Positions 27,421 to 40,549 of a stretch of DNA of 64,000 bases are shown piece after piece. The DNA is from Dicyema japonicum (lineage: Eukaryota; Animalia; Dicyemida), in the NCBI GenBank assembly GCA_011109175.1, contig RDEW01000064.1, forward strand, positions 136,653 through 200,652, in the 5' to 3' direction. Every line of letters begins with the position of its first letter. Positions within the stretch are counted from its first letter, which is position 1. The notes below the pieces were generated by a model, which worked only from the letters and a program-made list of their open reading frames with translations, was not told the origin of the DNA and searched no databases. Made by a program: the position numbers and the translations under genes.

Positions 27421-27619
27421 GAAAAAAATAAGTATTATGAAAATTTTTATTATTTTCATTATTTTGTCTGACTTCACCATATAAGGAGCCACATCGCTAA
27501 TAAATATGTCAAACTTGAAATTTTAAATAAAAATTTATCAAAAACATCTCTAATTGTTTGAATTATAACAGTTGTGGGGGAGCTATTAAATAGATTTTCA
27601 TAGATAGCAGGTAGACACG

Positions 27620-28620
27620 ATAACAGAACGTCCAAGACGGCAAGAGAAAAAAGTGAGTAGCCAGATCTATACCTGGAATTTCCATGGGATGATCTTGCTC
27701 AGAGCGCATCTATATGTCCTGACAAACGGTTTAAAGACATCAGTTAAGATTTGCGATCGTTAAAATCTTCAATAATAATAAATCTAATCCACTTTCTTAA
27801 CAAGGAAATTTTCTCGTGGATTAACTCTTTGATATGGCAATATATCAATTCCTACTCTCCTGCATATTTGGATGAATTTCCAGATATCGTTTATGCTGGG
27901 CATTAACATTTGAAGCTCTTTCATCTACGAGAAATAATAGCTAGTGGGTTGAACGCATGCAAGGAAGACTTCTGAAGTTGAATAAACAGCTCAAGCAAAT
28001 CTCGGAGCTTGTCGAACAGAAGGGAAATAAGAGGTTCGATGACGATACGAGAGATACACTGTGCCATTGTGGAAATCGAAATTTGAAATAGGGTGAATTG
28101 GGAAGAATAGTTAGTTGCATTCAGGATGAAATAAATATTGTGGAGAAAAACTCAGAGTACATAAATCCCGGAAGGAATTCAGGAACAAAATTGGTGTTTC
28201 GAACCCAATCGGAGGCTTTTTTATAGAAAGTCAAATGGAGAAACCAGGGATGCCACATTCTGTTTTAAAGAAAGTAATGTCTAGCATTTTTGGAAAATAT
28301 TTGAAAGGAGCATGATATCAAGGAAACACATATTCGATGAGTAAGAGAGTTACTAGAGTAGAAAACACACTTGTAGATCGCAAGAAAAAAAATATCCTTG
28401 AAATAATTAATTCCTGCCTAATTCTAATCTTCAAAGCTACTGGACTTGAACCAAATGCATAAAAATCGGCTACTAATGATTCTGGGTTTAGCTCCCAAGC
28501 CAAACTGCTGGATGGAATGGTGTATTGGAGGACAAAACTAGCATCGTCTTGAAAAACGAAATTCTAAAGACGATTTTTGATGGAGTTAAGAATAGAATTG
28601 ACAACTTGTTAGTGATAAAA
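27620..28620 (-). mobile_element. Highly degenerate LINE RT remnant
   Basis: Scattered RT-like peptides on the minus strand; many stops. Confidence 0.3.
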
Positions 28621-28689
28621 TTAAATTCTGTAAACCTGTTCAAGGCCATGAATGATCATGCTGTCTCTCTCTATACAACTACTACATCG

Positions 28690-29980
28690 GATTAATGACG
28701 CACCCACAGGGAGAGGGTATAAACTCCTCAAACACCAGCATTCTATATTAATTGGCAATAAAGGAGAACATAGTCTCAATCATCTCACAGCTCAGATTAC
28801 GGACATCTACAAATAACCAGTCAATACTACTTTTAACCAACTCCCAATAATTGGCATCCAACAATCGGGGGAGACTGGTGTCACAGTAATCATTGACTCC
28901 TTTAATAACCCCCATTTGTTAGCAATTATCAATATAATGCATATTGTCCATCATTATACGTCCATCCACTACCTCTTCTATGATATTCAGAGAATTTGTT
29001 AGTACTTGATCATCACCTCCCTTCAGTTCCTTCCACAGACTACAATGAGTACATAAAGTACAAGTNAGCAATTATCAATATAATGCNNNNNNNNNNNNNN
29101 NNNNNNNNNNNNNNNNNNNNNNNNNNNNNNNNNNNNNNNNNNNNNNNNNNNNNNNNNNNNNNNNNNNNNNNNNNNNNNNNNNNNNNNNNNNNNNNNNNNN
29201 NNNNNNNNNNNNNNNNNNNNNNNNNNNNNNNNNNNNNNNNNNNNNNNNNNNNNNNNNNNNNNNNNNNNNNNNNNNNNNNNNNNNNNNNNNNNNNNNNNNN
29301 NNNNNNNNNNNNNNNNNNNNNNNNNNNNNNNNNNNNNNNNNNNNNNNNNNNNNNNNNNNNNNNNNNNNNNNNNNNNNNNNNNNNNNNNNNNNNNNNNNNN
29401 NNNNNNNNNNNNNNNNNNNNNNNATCTCTGCAACACACGATAAGAAGCGGATGGAAGCATAGTCAATGCCACTTGCAAAGCGGAGAGATTCTTAGCCAAC
29501 AAACAGGCCTTAATGACGCACCCACAGAAAGAGGGTATAACCTCCTCAAACACCAGCATTCTATAGTAATTGGCAATAAAGGAGAACATAGTCTCAATCA
29601 TCTCACAGCTCAGATTACGGACATCTACAAAATAACCAGTCAATACTACTTTTAACCAACTCCCAATAATTGGCATCCAACAATCGGGGGAGACTGGTGT
29701 CACAGTAATCATTGATTCCATTAATAACCTTCATTTGTTGGCAATTGTCAATATAATGCAATTGTCCATCATTATAAGCCAATCCAGTACCTCTTCTATG
29801 ATATTCAGAGAATTTGTTAGTACTTGATCATCACCTCCCTTCAGTTCCTTCCACAGACTACAATGAGTACATAAAGTACAAATCCACACAAACGTCCCCA
29901 TATAATATCTCAATTTGCCTGGGGGTGAGTAATGCACTGTTAATCTGGTTTTTTGTGGGCACGGAGAGTGTCATCAAATT
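28690..29980 (-). pseudogene. Partial duplicate copies of the DEPDC1-like gene flanking an assembly gap
   Basis: 28690-29065 and 29424-29977 are near-identical to parts of 15700-16260, with scattered substitutions. Similarity ends before the DEP-domain exons. Confidence 0.7.
29087..29423. other. Assembly gap (N run)
   Basis: Continuous run of n. Confidence 1.
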
Positions 29981-31619
29981 TTTTTCAACTTCAGAATCAG
30001 CCGTGTCACCGTATTCTGCATCCCATATCTTTCTTCCATCTGAGGAACCCCATATCTGCTCAAAACATAACCACGTGCTTTGCGGTGGTCCTCATTTTTC
30101 GAGAACGCAACAGTTCCGTAATCGAACGACCTACAAACGTTCAATTGGACCAAACAACTCTAACTGTTCTTATCTTCTCCGAACTCAAATAAAGTCTGAT
30201 CCTTTACTTTCCAACTGAATTATTAACAAGTGACACGAAGTATTTAGAAGGTCGATCGCTAGAGCAGAAATACAATCATTTTGAAAAGATCATTTTGAAA
30301 GACAATTGAAAAGGTCGAATCGACTCCGGCTTACGGATCAATACCCTTATCGGAAATAATGAAACAAGCCTCGACGAGAGACAGTCTGCATCTGGAATTC
30401 TACCCGACTAGGATTGAAAAAAATCGAGCTCACCTTTGAACCCGTCGTTATATACGAATACCACACAAACGATGCTGTGTCTAAGAACACTCGGTTGGAT
30501 AACACTCGGTCAGAAGCTTTCAAAATATGAGAGTCGGCTAACTTCAAAACAATTTGAATCCCCTACAGTGGGACAAAATAATAAACGTTATCCTAAGAAC
30601 TACCAGAATAATCACCTCTGAGTGTCAAAAAAACAAAATCCCCATTTTAACAAATTTCTGCGGATTCTTAATGATTTGTTCATTAGAGGAATAAAGCGTA
30701 AAATTCGCGCAAAGTCATCAACTCAAGCTAGCATGTGATTTACACAAAAAACCACCAAATCGATTTTTATTTCGTTTTTATTTAATAAATTATTTGTCTC
30801 AGTCCATACATGCGAGACGCCGTACATTCGAGATTCATCACAAAATACAAAAGAAAAATTTTCTTAGTAAAACTTTAATTGGAAAAAATTATTAATAATA
30901 TCAAATTACATATAGTACATATTTTATTTAAAATAATAATTTATAAAACATGTATCTAGTGAACCTAACATGTCATACCTTGGAAAATTTAAGATCAACT
31001 GTGCTACTGGTAACATAGATATTTGCCCTGACTGGAGAGAACGGGCAAATATCAAAAGACGTGCCTTAGAATCAGCACTTGCAAGAGTTACGCAATAAAT
31101 TTGCCATTTCGCATGTTACAGGATGTCCACGAGCTACTTGGATACAAGGACAAGTAGAGCGGTTTTTGTTTTTTTATCTTAATAGATTTAATTAATAAAT
31201 TGAAAGATGGGTTTCTACCACGAGTTCATCCAAGGGGAATATTGGAAGTTATATTGACTTCATAAAAGACATTGTACGGGATTATAGTAAATCAAAACTT
31301 TATACAAGACAGCGGCCTTTTGAGATTATTACAACGTCAAACTAACAAATCAATCGATAAATTATTATTGGATTTAAATTAGGAGTAGGTTAAAGGTGAA
31401 CACAAGAGGAGAGGCCATAATTAAAATTGCCTCTTCCAAAATATCCTTTCGAGAAATTGGGAAAACTCTCAGTCTACTTTGATAACCCTATTATTTTACG
31501 ATATTTAATTTATTATAAAAATAAAAAAATAAAAAAAATTTATTAAAATTAAACGATCAATCTTTTCGGTTGAAGTGGTGACGTGCTTCTGTTTTTCTTC
31601 TCTAGAAAAATTCATTTCT

Positions 31620-34500
31620 TTATCATGTCTAAATGCAAAATTTTTGTTTTCCATCGCCACATTCAATGTTCGTGGCCTCTCATCTCTGATCAAGAGGGAA
31701 CTATTATCCGAAAATTTGTCCCGATACAAAATCGACATTTGCTGAATCAGGAAACAAAGAAAGCCCTAGGATCCGATGAAACCATTGGTAACTACCGGAT
31801 TCTTCTACTCCCATCAGAAAATTGGCATTACGGTCTTGGTTTTGCAATTAACTCGAACCTATTGAACTGCTTGCATAAAGTATGGACAGTCAGTGATCGT
31901 GTTGCCGTTATGCAATTTGTTTATCATCTACAAACAATACTATAATGACTGTTATCAATTTATATGCCCCACACATGGGCAGAGTTTCCAAAAATATGGA
32001 TGAGTTGGAAGAGTTTTATCAAATCCTATCGAATACTTATATTTGAGTTCATCGATCTGCACTTATATTTATCTGTGGTGACTGGAATGCCAACGCTGGT
32101 ATGAGAAGGCACGACGAAGTCTGTATGGGAAAATATGGCAGAGGGTATCGTAATCTCTCTGGACACTCACTCATGGATTTTTGTGATTCATCAAATCTGT
32201 ATCTATGCAATACCACTTTTAAATACCCAGCAAAACATATAACTACCTGGGTTGGCATAAGAAGGTCCAAAGACGAACATACGTGCATATTCAACCAAAT
32301 AGACTACACTATCTGCCCTATCTCCTTGAAGAGACTTCTGTCTGACTCTAGGAGTTATGGAGGAACCACTACTGACAGTGACCATAAGCTAACGGTGGCC
32401 AGATTAAATCTCAAACGATACTACGGAATTGAGGCAGTCAAGAGGAAAAGCACACCTCTAAATAAACGTTTGGCTGTGGAAATGTTGACTTTTGACACTT
32501 GGCAAAAGAGATACAACAAAATGTCTCTAAACGTTTACGTGGAGTTGAACCCAGTGGCACCCCCTCGACTGACCTCGGAAAGATCTTGGATATTCTAAAA
32601 CTGTTGGATACCAGGAAAAAGACCAAAATAGACGAATGATTCATGACCCCTTAATTCGAGAATTGTCTGAACAGCAGAAAGAAATACATTCGAAACTGGG
32701 AAGTTTAAATTCGAATAATGTGCATTAAGGAGAAAATGCAATCAAATATCGCATCTGATAAGAAGACGATCAAATATACTTTGGCACAAATATTTGGACG
32801 ATAAAGCAACTGAAATCGAAAACTGTCAGTATGGAAGACGAATGTTCTCTGCTGTTAGACTACTTACACGAGGAACTGCAAAGAAACCACTGAAAGTCTG
32901 TGACGACGAAGGTCAATATCTTCAAAACACTGAGGATAAAGCAAATTATATTGCTAGACACTTCGAGTCGTTGTTTAAATCTGAAGGGATTAATGTACCT
33001 AAATTTATTGGATATCCGAGACCCCTTACAAACAAAATTACAATAAAGGAAGTAACCGATGCATTTATGCATCTAAAGGGAAATCGGTCGACTAGTTATG
33101 ATGGCATTCCGGGTAAGTTACTAAAACATGCCCCGGTTACTGTTGGGAATATAATCACGAATATCTTAAATGAGTCGATGGAACTTCACTGTCCACTTTT
33201 TTGGGACATGGAATCTTATTTCCAATACATAAACCTGGGAAAAAAGAAGCGTCGTTGGACGGACTAAGACCTATTATTCTATTGTCAGTTATCAGAAAAA
33301 CCTTATCGATCATAGTGTTTAACCGTATACGAGAGCCAGCGGAAAAATACCTTTCCCTAAGTCAAAGTGGGTTTAGAAGTGGAAGATCAACCTCAGATAT
33401 TGTGTGGAGTCATCGATGGCTCACGTCGTATACGAGAGCCAGCGGAAAAATACCTTTCCCTAAGTCAAAGTGGGTTTAGAAGTGGAAGATCAACCTCAGA
33501 TATTGTGTGGAGTCATCGATGGCTCACGCTAATATGTCAAAAATACACGAAAGTAATCTACATCCTAGGAATTAATCTAACGAAGGCTTAAGACAGCATC
33601 AATAAAGAAAAACTCATAATTGTTCTAAAGGAACTGCGTGACGAGGACTGCCTGAGACTAATAAGTTTATTACTTTCCGAAACTGACCTATCCGTGAGAA
33701 TAGAACAAAGAATTCGAAGAGTTTCAGTACCAACATGGGCACTCCACAAGGAGATTCCTTGTCCACAATTATATTTATTGTTTACCTCGAAGCTGCGCTC
33801 AAGGAATTGAGAAATGTCATGGGTCCTAAATACCGGGACATAACAGAGTTAATTTATGCGGATGATGTAGACTTTGTGTCTACCGACCATGCGCTCAAGG
33901 AATTGAGAAATGTCATGGGTCCTAAATACCGGGACATAACAGAGTTAATTTATGCGGATGATGTAGACTTTGTGTCTACCGACCAAAAAATACTTGACCA
34001 AATTTTACTTCAAGCCGAACGTATTTTTAAGAATTGGGATTTACGCATAAACATTAAAAAAACTGATTATACACGAGTCGAACGAGCAGAATCAAGGAAC
34101 GATGAGTGCTGGAGACATACCGATATTTGTCGAAGGAAAATGCTGGCTACCATATACTTCAAAAAAATGTACCAAATTTGGATAAGAAAAAAACATGTAT
34201 CACTGAAACTACGTGTCAAACTATACGACACGTTTATTAAACCAATTTTGCTATACAATTCCGGAACATGGGCATGTTCTAAAATTGATTTAGAGAAGCT
34301 AGATACTTTTCACAGGAACCAACTCCGCATGTTGATTGGAATTTTTTGGCGAGAAAAATCTTAAATGAAAATCTATATTCACGATGTAAATCCAGACCAC
34401 TCAGCACCGATGTTATTTTATCGAGATGGCGACTATTTGGACATATCTTCAGACTGGACCCGACTACGCCATGCAACAGAATAAAGGAAGAATATTTCTA
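31620..34500 (+). mobile_element. Near full-length, frameshifted RTE-clade LINE (APE endonuclease plus RT)
   Basis: YGLGFAIN, VINLYAP, ICGDWNA, NQIDY, TDSDHKL (APE); GYDGIP-like, RPIILLS, QSGFRSGRSTSD, GTPQGDSLS, LIYADDVDF, KLYDTFIKPILLYNSGTW (RT). Confidence 0.9.
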
Positions 34501-34798
34501 ATACGCCGGAAGTCGCGGATTTCGAGTAGTCCTACTCGCTGCGAAAAAGAGTCTGTCCTTTATCTTTGTATAATTTATTATATAAAAAATAAAATTAACT
34601 ACTTCCAATTTATGTGTTCGTACTCTCAACATAGAATCAAATGTAATAGCTTCCTCCTTTATAAAAGTGTCGTAGTTCTATAACACAAAATTTTTATTAT
34701 CACGTTAAGTTAAATCAAAATTATTCAATAACTTAACATATCTTTAATTAAGTGCGGCTGCTCTATAGTTAATATAATGGAATTATAAATTTCAAAAA

Positions 34799-34870
34799 AT
34801 CCGCGTCCGGGAATCGAACCCGAATATCCAAAATAAAAATCTGAAATCTTAACCACTAGACCAACGCAAA
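34799..34870 (-). tRNA. Degenerate tRNA-Glu-type gene or pseudogene (anticodon loop now TT-TTT-AT)
   Basis: Minus strand TTTGCGT TGGTCTAGTGGTTAAGATT TCAGA TTTTTAT TTTGG ATAT TCGGG TTCGATT CCCGG ACGCGGA, then a T-run. A and B boxes are intact; the cloverleaf closes with several G-U pairs. Confidence 0.7.
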
Positions 34871-34899
34871 TTGTTTTTAGTGACGTCAACTATTCAACT

Positions 34900-36060
34900 G
34901 TCAACTATAATTTTTCATTTATATTTCCTCGGACATTGTATTTTGAGAGGTGACGTCGATGAAACTTGTAAGTTTTTTAGCTCCTGTTTACTTTCCTCCA
35001 GGTTCACGAGTTGCATAACAGAATGGATCAGAAAAACGTTTTATAAATTTTAGTCCTATTCTGAGAGAGATGTGCCTTCTTCGTATCCAAATATTCCAAA
35101 ATTTCTTAAAGATAGTGCCCAGTAACTTCCTTCTTCTGATATCCTCCGGGTATTCCAAAATGAGAAACGGGAATTAAAAGTTAAATTATTATTTCTCGAA
35201 CGTTCTTAATAATATAATTGTCAATATATCAAAATATGTCAGGGTACATAATACGTCACGAGCCTAGAGTGTTACCAAGCCTAGGTGGTTACACTTCGGT
35301 TATTTTTCGATAAAGATTGAAAATTAATTTATTGTTTGAGATAAATATATGAAATTAAAATTTTTTATTTAATAAAAACAGCATAGGAAATTAGTGTAAT
35401 TATAGATTTATAATAATTATAATGTATAAATGGCCCTTGTGTTCGTAAATAACATAGAGTATTATTATTCTATTTCGTAGAATCCTGATATCCACGTATG
35501 TGAAAGAAACAATCAACTGAGGATTATACAGTAACCGCCCCGCTTGCATGACTATTCCCAATCTGGATAGCTAGTGAGACTCGCTCAAAATCCAACAGCG
35601 TTCACGTAGATATCTTGTTCGTGTAGAAATCCGATTCCCTAGACGACCCAGGAATTTCAGCGTCGAATATGGACTGATGTATTTGCATATTGAGTTAACG
35701 ATAATTAGGTTTTTATGATCGATTTTGTTTTCTCAGATAAATTAAATATTTTTATTTTTTACAAAAACACAGAGTTCTAATTGTTGATCCTCCCAGACAT
35801 AATTGACGTGGTCGGTTCAAATGGTAGTAATTGATATGAACTGGAATAGTCACTGAGTTTCATAATTCGATTCTTACAACACTATTTACCTGGTAGTAGG
35901 ATTCATTTCTGTCTATTGACTCCTTCAGAGTTCTCACGACAACACATCTTTCAGGAGACGTCCATTTTCCAAAAAGGATCTCTAATCCCAACACTACAAG
36001 AAAGGTTGATACAATGGGGGATGTGATAGACCTGGTGCCTTGAAAGGAAGCACTCATACC
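34900..36060 (-). mobile_element. RTE-clade fragments in inverted orientation
   Basis: DIRRRKLLGTIFKKFWNIWIRRRHISL is homologous to 34120-34230; EGVNRQK is RT motif 3-like. Confidence 0.55.
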
Positions 36061-36206
36061 GTGGAAACTAGATTTACCTAATAAGCAATATGTAGACTAT
36101 TTTTTTTTTATTTTTAATTATTTATAATATGAATCCAGACTGTTGTTACCAAAAACGACATGTGTTGTATTTTTTATATATATTTGTGGAAAGGACAAGA
36201 AGACTA

Positions 36207-36967
36207 ATGTTCAGTCTTGTCCTTCTCTCAGTTTTATCAGTCTCGACTATTCTCGCAGAGAAATGTTGTGTTTGAGATGAATTTGGACTGTTTTAACGAA
36301 AAGTGCTACGCTTTCATAAAACAGTGCCAAAACTATAAAAACGGTAAAAAAATTTGTAGGAAAATGGGGGGAGATTTGGCCAACGTCAACAGCAAGGAGA
36401 CTCAAAAGTACATTTTTNATATATTTGTGGAAAGGACAAGAAGACTAATGTTCAGTCTTGTCCTTCTCTCAGTTTTATCAGTCTCGACTATTCTCGCAGA
36501 GAAATGTTGTGTTTGAGATGAATTTAGACTGTTTTAACGAAAAGTGCTACGCTTTCATAAAACAGTGCCAAAACTATAAAAACGGTAAAAAAATTTGTAG
36601 GAAAATGGGGGGAGATTTGGCCAACGTCAACAGCAAGGAGACTCAAAAGTACATTTTTGGTGAGCTGAGTGATTTTTATTGTGTAGAGACAATTTTGAAG
36701 AAGTATAAGAAGTCATTTTACATTGGGGTTAACGATATCGCTGAGGAAGGGAAATTCGTTGTTTCTTTGGGAGACGATCTAGTAAATCGATAGATAACAT
36801 AGAAATCCTCCAATTGGATAAAAAGAGAGCCAAACAATTATGGGAATGAAGACTGTACCGTCATTACTAATCATTGTGGACGCTGGAATGATATAAGTTG
36901 CGGCAGAAAACGACCCATTCTCAGTGAAATTAATGATATTCTTCTTGGCGGTACAATTTGGCATTAA
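36207..36967 (+). CDS. Secreted C-type lectin (EPN/WND, mannose/GlcNAc-type); 5' half duplicated across N36418; frameshift after the signal peptide
   Basis: Signal peptide MFSLVLLSVLSVSTILAE; FNEKCYAF...ICRKMGGDLANVNSKE...FYIGVNDIAEEGKFV; 21-nt intron 36782-36802; NWIKREPNNYGNEDC...GRWNDISC; stop at 36965-36967. Confidence 0.8.
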
Positions 36968-37309
36968 ATAGAATCAAACCACCGTAGTTGTTAAAATAGA
37001 GTCGGCAATTACTAATTCTCTAATACATTGATTTCCGTCGTCTCTAACATTTCTCATATTATATTACAAGTCCCAACATTTATTCCTTAGTTTTCAATGT
37101 AGCGTAGTAGTTGTATGGAAAGATAAGTTAGGGCAGTTCATGAGGGAATTGAAGACAAGGAGTCTTGTCTTGGTGGCTTGGACTCTCCGTTAGTATCCCA
37201 TTCCAACCGCTACTATATCTCCGTCATTGAAATACACGCAGGCATATTCTTTTTTTTTCAAAAAAATTATGTTCCCTTTGACGGCCAATTCGTTTTTTTT
37301 ATTATTTAT

Positions 37310-37710
37310 TTATTATTAACCCCGGATACACCGAGAAAGAAGTTAAAGTAAACAACTAATTGAGTGTATCCAGTTTCCACTTCTACGGAGTCCATCCGGA
37401 ATCAACATAAAGAGTAAAAGACGTCCATAGTATTTATTTATTATTAACCCCGGATACACCGAGAAATAAGTTTAAGTAAATAACTAATTAAGTGTATCCA
37501 GTTTCCACTTTTACAGAGTCTATCTGGAATCAACATAAAGGGTAAAAGACGTCCATAGTTGTAGTTGTGGAAACCACTCCAGTGGAGTAGGGGAGAGCAG
37601 ATGATCCTTTTTCGTGCCGGCCTAGTACTGGGCTCCACCCAGACAGGTGGATCACATGATGCCACTCTAATAAGAAGAGAGAAAAGGAACATACGAACAA
37701 ACAGAAACTT
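37310..37710 (-). mobile_element. Two tandem LINE 3' ends (ETGYT* subfamily), each with a stem-loop
   Basis: GGATACAC/GTGTATCC stems at 37324-37371 and 37452-37499, each followed on the minus strand by GGGGTTAATAA. Confidence 0.6.
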
Positions 37711-37749
37711 CAACCAATTAGCATAGCTCGATATGAGAAAATTTATTTA

Positions 37750-38850
37750 CAGGGTTTTCCGATTTATTTAATAACTTTGTCATAAAATTTAATAACTTTG
37801 TCAAAAAATTTAATAACTTTGTCATAAAATTTAATAATTTTGTCAAAATATTTAATAACTTTGTCAAAATGTTTAATAATTTGTCAAAATATTTAATAAC
37901 TTTGTCAAAATGTTTAATAACTTTGTCAAAATACTTAATAACTTTGTAAAGGGTCAAATTAAAAGAAACCAATTTTATAATTAATTGAAAAAAACAACTA
38001 TAAATTAAAATTCTTCATTAGCCAATGCTTTAACTAAATTGATCCGCATATGGCTGTACAAATTATTGCACACATCTGATGAAATTTCTCCGATGTTTTG
38101 GATTGCGTTTATTAATTCATCGAGTTCCTACAATTTTTCTTTTTCTATTGGATTAAGTTGAAAAAAAACTCTTCAATTGGATTAAGTTGAGGAGTATAAG
38201 GAGGCAAAAAATACAATTCATACCCTGTATACGTTAAAAATCAATTGGATACCAGTTCCGAATACAATGTAAAAGGCCGTCCACAGAAATAGCAGCACAA
38301 ATAGAGAAATTTTTCTCTCTTATGTTTCTAGTACATTTTTTCGAAGTAACTCCTTTTATAGATCTTCCAAATTTGGATCTCATCAAACAATTGACTCCCA
38401 TTTCGTCTATAAAAATAAGCCGTTGATTATCAACTTCAATTATTTTTCTGGCAGATTTTTATCTTTCTTCCATATTTATTGTAGAATTTCTCGCCATAGG
38501 TACAAATTGATTTTTTTAAACTATATCCAAATGTCTCTAGCGTCCTATTTATTGTCGATTGAGAGACATTTTTTATTTTCACATCAAATAAAGAATTTTG
38601 TAAATTCTTCAGCGTAAATGAAGCATCTTCTTCAATTTTTATTAGCATCTTCTTAAAGTTATTAAGTATTTTGACAAAGTTATTAAACATTTTGACAAAG
38701 TTATTAAATATTTTGACAAATTATTAAACATTTTGACAAAGTTATTAAACTTTATGACAAAGTTATTAAACTTTATGACAAAGTTATTAGATATTTTGAC
38801 AAAGTTATTAAATTTTATGACAAAGTTATTAAATAAATCGGAAAACCCTG
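37750..38850 (-). mobile_element. Tc1/IS630-like DNA transposon with about 200-bp TIRs built from 21-nt repeats and TA target duplication
   Basis: TA|CAGGGTTTTCCGATTTATTTAATAAC... and ...GTTATTAAATAAATCGGAAAACCCTG|TA; about 9 units of AATAACTTTGTCAAAATATTT per end. Internal VSQSTINRTL (HTH), IFIDEMG and YTPQLNPIEEFF motifs, disrupted. Confidence 0.85.
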
Positions 38851-39619
38851 TATTTTATTTGAACTTTGAAATTTGATTTTAAAATTAAATATAAATAAAT
38901 TTAAATCGAACATTTCGTTAGGTTAAGAAATATCAAATATAAATAGTTAACATTATTTTGATGGTAGGTTATCCTCATAACAATGGATGTACAATCCACG
39001 TGTTTGTTCGCGAAACAGTATATTGTATCCTTCAAAAATGTCGATCATATCATTCCAAATAACTTTTTCTTTAAATTCTGATTTATTTCAATGATAACAG
39101 AGATTGAAAATAAGTAAAAATCGTGAACCATAAACAAGTTACAAATAAGCTTTTGCGGTAAAGTGTTAGGGTATCTAGATTTTAGAGTTGCTAGAATGTT
39201 GCTTCCATAAAATAAAGTCAGCAGACGAATCTTCACACAACGAATTGAGAACAACGTTTTATAATACAGATTAGTAAAGATCACGTATTCAATAAATTCT
39301 TTAACGGAAAAGGATATCCAGGTCGACGAAAATCTCTTCCAGAAAGTTGTTAGTTTTGTGGAAGATACAGAAATCAAATACATTTGATTGTGGGAAACAT
39401 TTTGGCTTTTCCAGTCTCAGTGGGATTAACCAATTAATCGATATCCCACAGGATCGACGACCAATTAAAAGGAGTGTGCTTTATTTGGCTAACAGATGAG
39501 ATGCAATCATCCGAAACCAAGATGAAACAGAAAGACCACTATAAAATCATATGTGAAGATATATTTGAATTAAAGGAGGAGGAGAAAGAATTGACGCTTC
39601 CCCAATTGGGAACATTGCA

Positions 39620-40230
39620 CGCATCTTTATGATGATGCGGTCCGCATCGGTATCTCTATCCGTTTGGGGTAATCGACACTAACGCGCCTGTCTGATCGCA
39701 TCACCCCCGTCATGCAGAAGAATTTTTAGGAGATTCCCGCAGCATAGTACCTTGAATGATGCTGTGAAACACACACTGGAATCTGTCGGAGACCCTTCCA
39801 TATTGGTACCCATTGACCTTGACAAAGGAGGCGGAAAGCGAATATATAGAGGAACAATCTTTCCGTTCGAAAAGGGGAAACCGTTAGTTTTAGAACCCAC
39901 ATGTTTTGACTCTTTGTCCCCCAACATCACCGGGAGTGCGACAAAAGCAGAAATCGGAGAGAGCAGAAGAAAATAAGTACAGATGACCCCTCGACCGATA
40001 AAACTCCCGCGCAATTGCTGTAGAGACAACCGGAGCGATAAGCAATAAGTCCCTAGTCTTCCACAAAAAAACTCGGATGTATTGTTTCGCTTTGAAACCA
40101 TGATGACTACGAAACACGGTCTTTTTAGCGGTCTTCCGTCTGAAGGGCTTTGATCTGCCTTCATACGCCAAATCTGTTTAGTAATGACTGGTCTACGAGA
40201 GATTCCAGAGAGAAGTCCAGACGCATCAAG
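39620..40230. mobile_element. CRE-like fragments (RLE part on plus strand, RT-like part on minus strand)
   Basis: NDAVKHTLESVG...TIFPFEKGKPLV on the plus strand; degenerate RT-like peptide on the minus strand. Confidence 0.5.
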
Positions 40231-40549
40231 GATCAATGATATTTCATCTAACGTTAAACCTCACAAAATCTGTATTAATAAAAATTCATTCATTCAAAAA
40301 AGATAATAAATTAAGTAAAAGACAGCTTAGTGTTCGGGTCCCAGCATTCCACCATCTCTAAGCTTCTGTTTTCAGCATTGACTTTCCCATCTTTGACTTT
40401 TCGGTTGCACGAGAAAGTCGAGAAAATCTGAAGACAACGTGGACGAATATTTGGTAGTTATTACAATCCTTGCATTCTTCCACAAAAAAGCCCCCAAAAT
40501 ATGTAAGGCATGAATCATCTCGTCTGAGTTTGTTTTCCTTCAAGTAAAA

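Noticed and set aside
28996-29721. Long ORFs in the supplied track
   Set aside because: They stay open only because they cross the N gap, or are antisense readings of the DEPDC1-like copy.
37130-37235. dCMP-deaminase-like peptide (ACVYFNDGDIVAVGMGY-NG) on the minus strand
   Set aside because: The match is short and frameshifted, and the HAE and PCxxC motifs are absent.
37760-38840. CRISPR-like array of about 21-nt repeats
   Set aside because: There are no unique spacers, the context is eukaryotic, and the repeats are the inverted ends of a Tc1/IS630 element. ORF 37718-37972 (7-aa periodic) is a by-product of the repeats.
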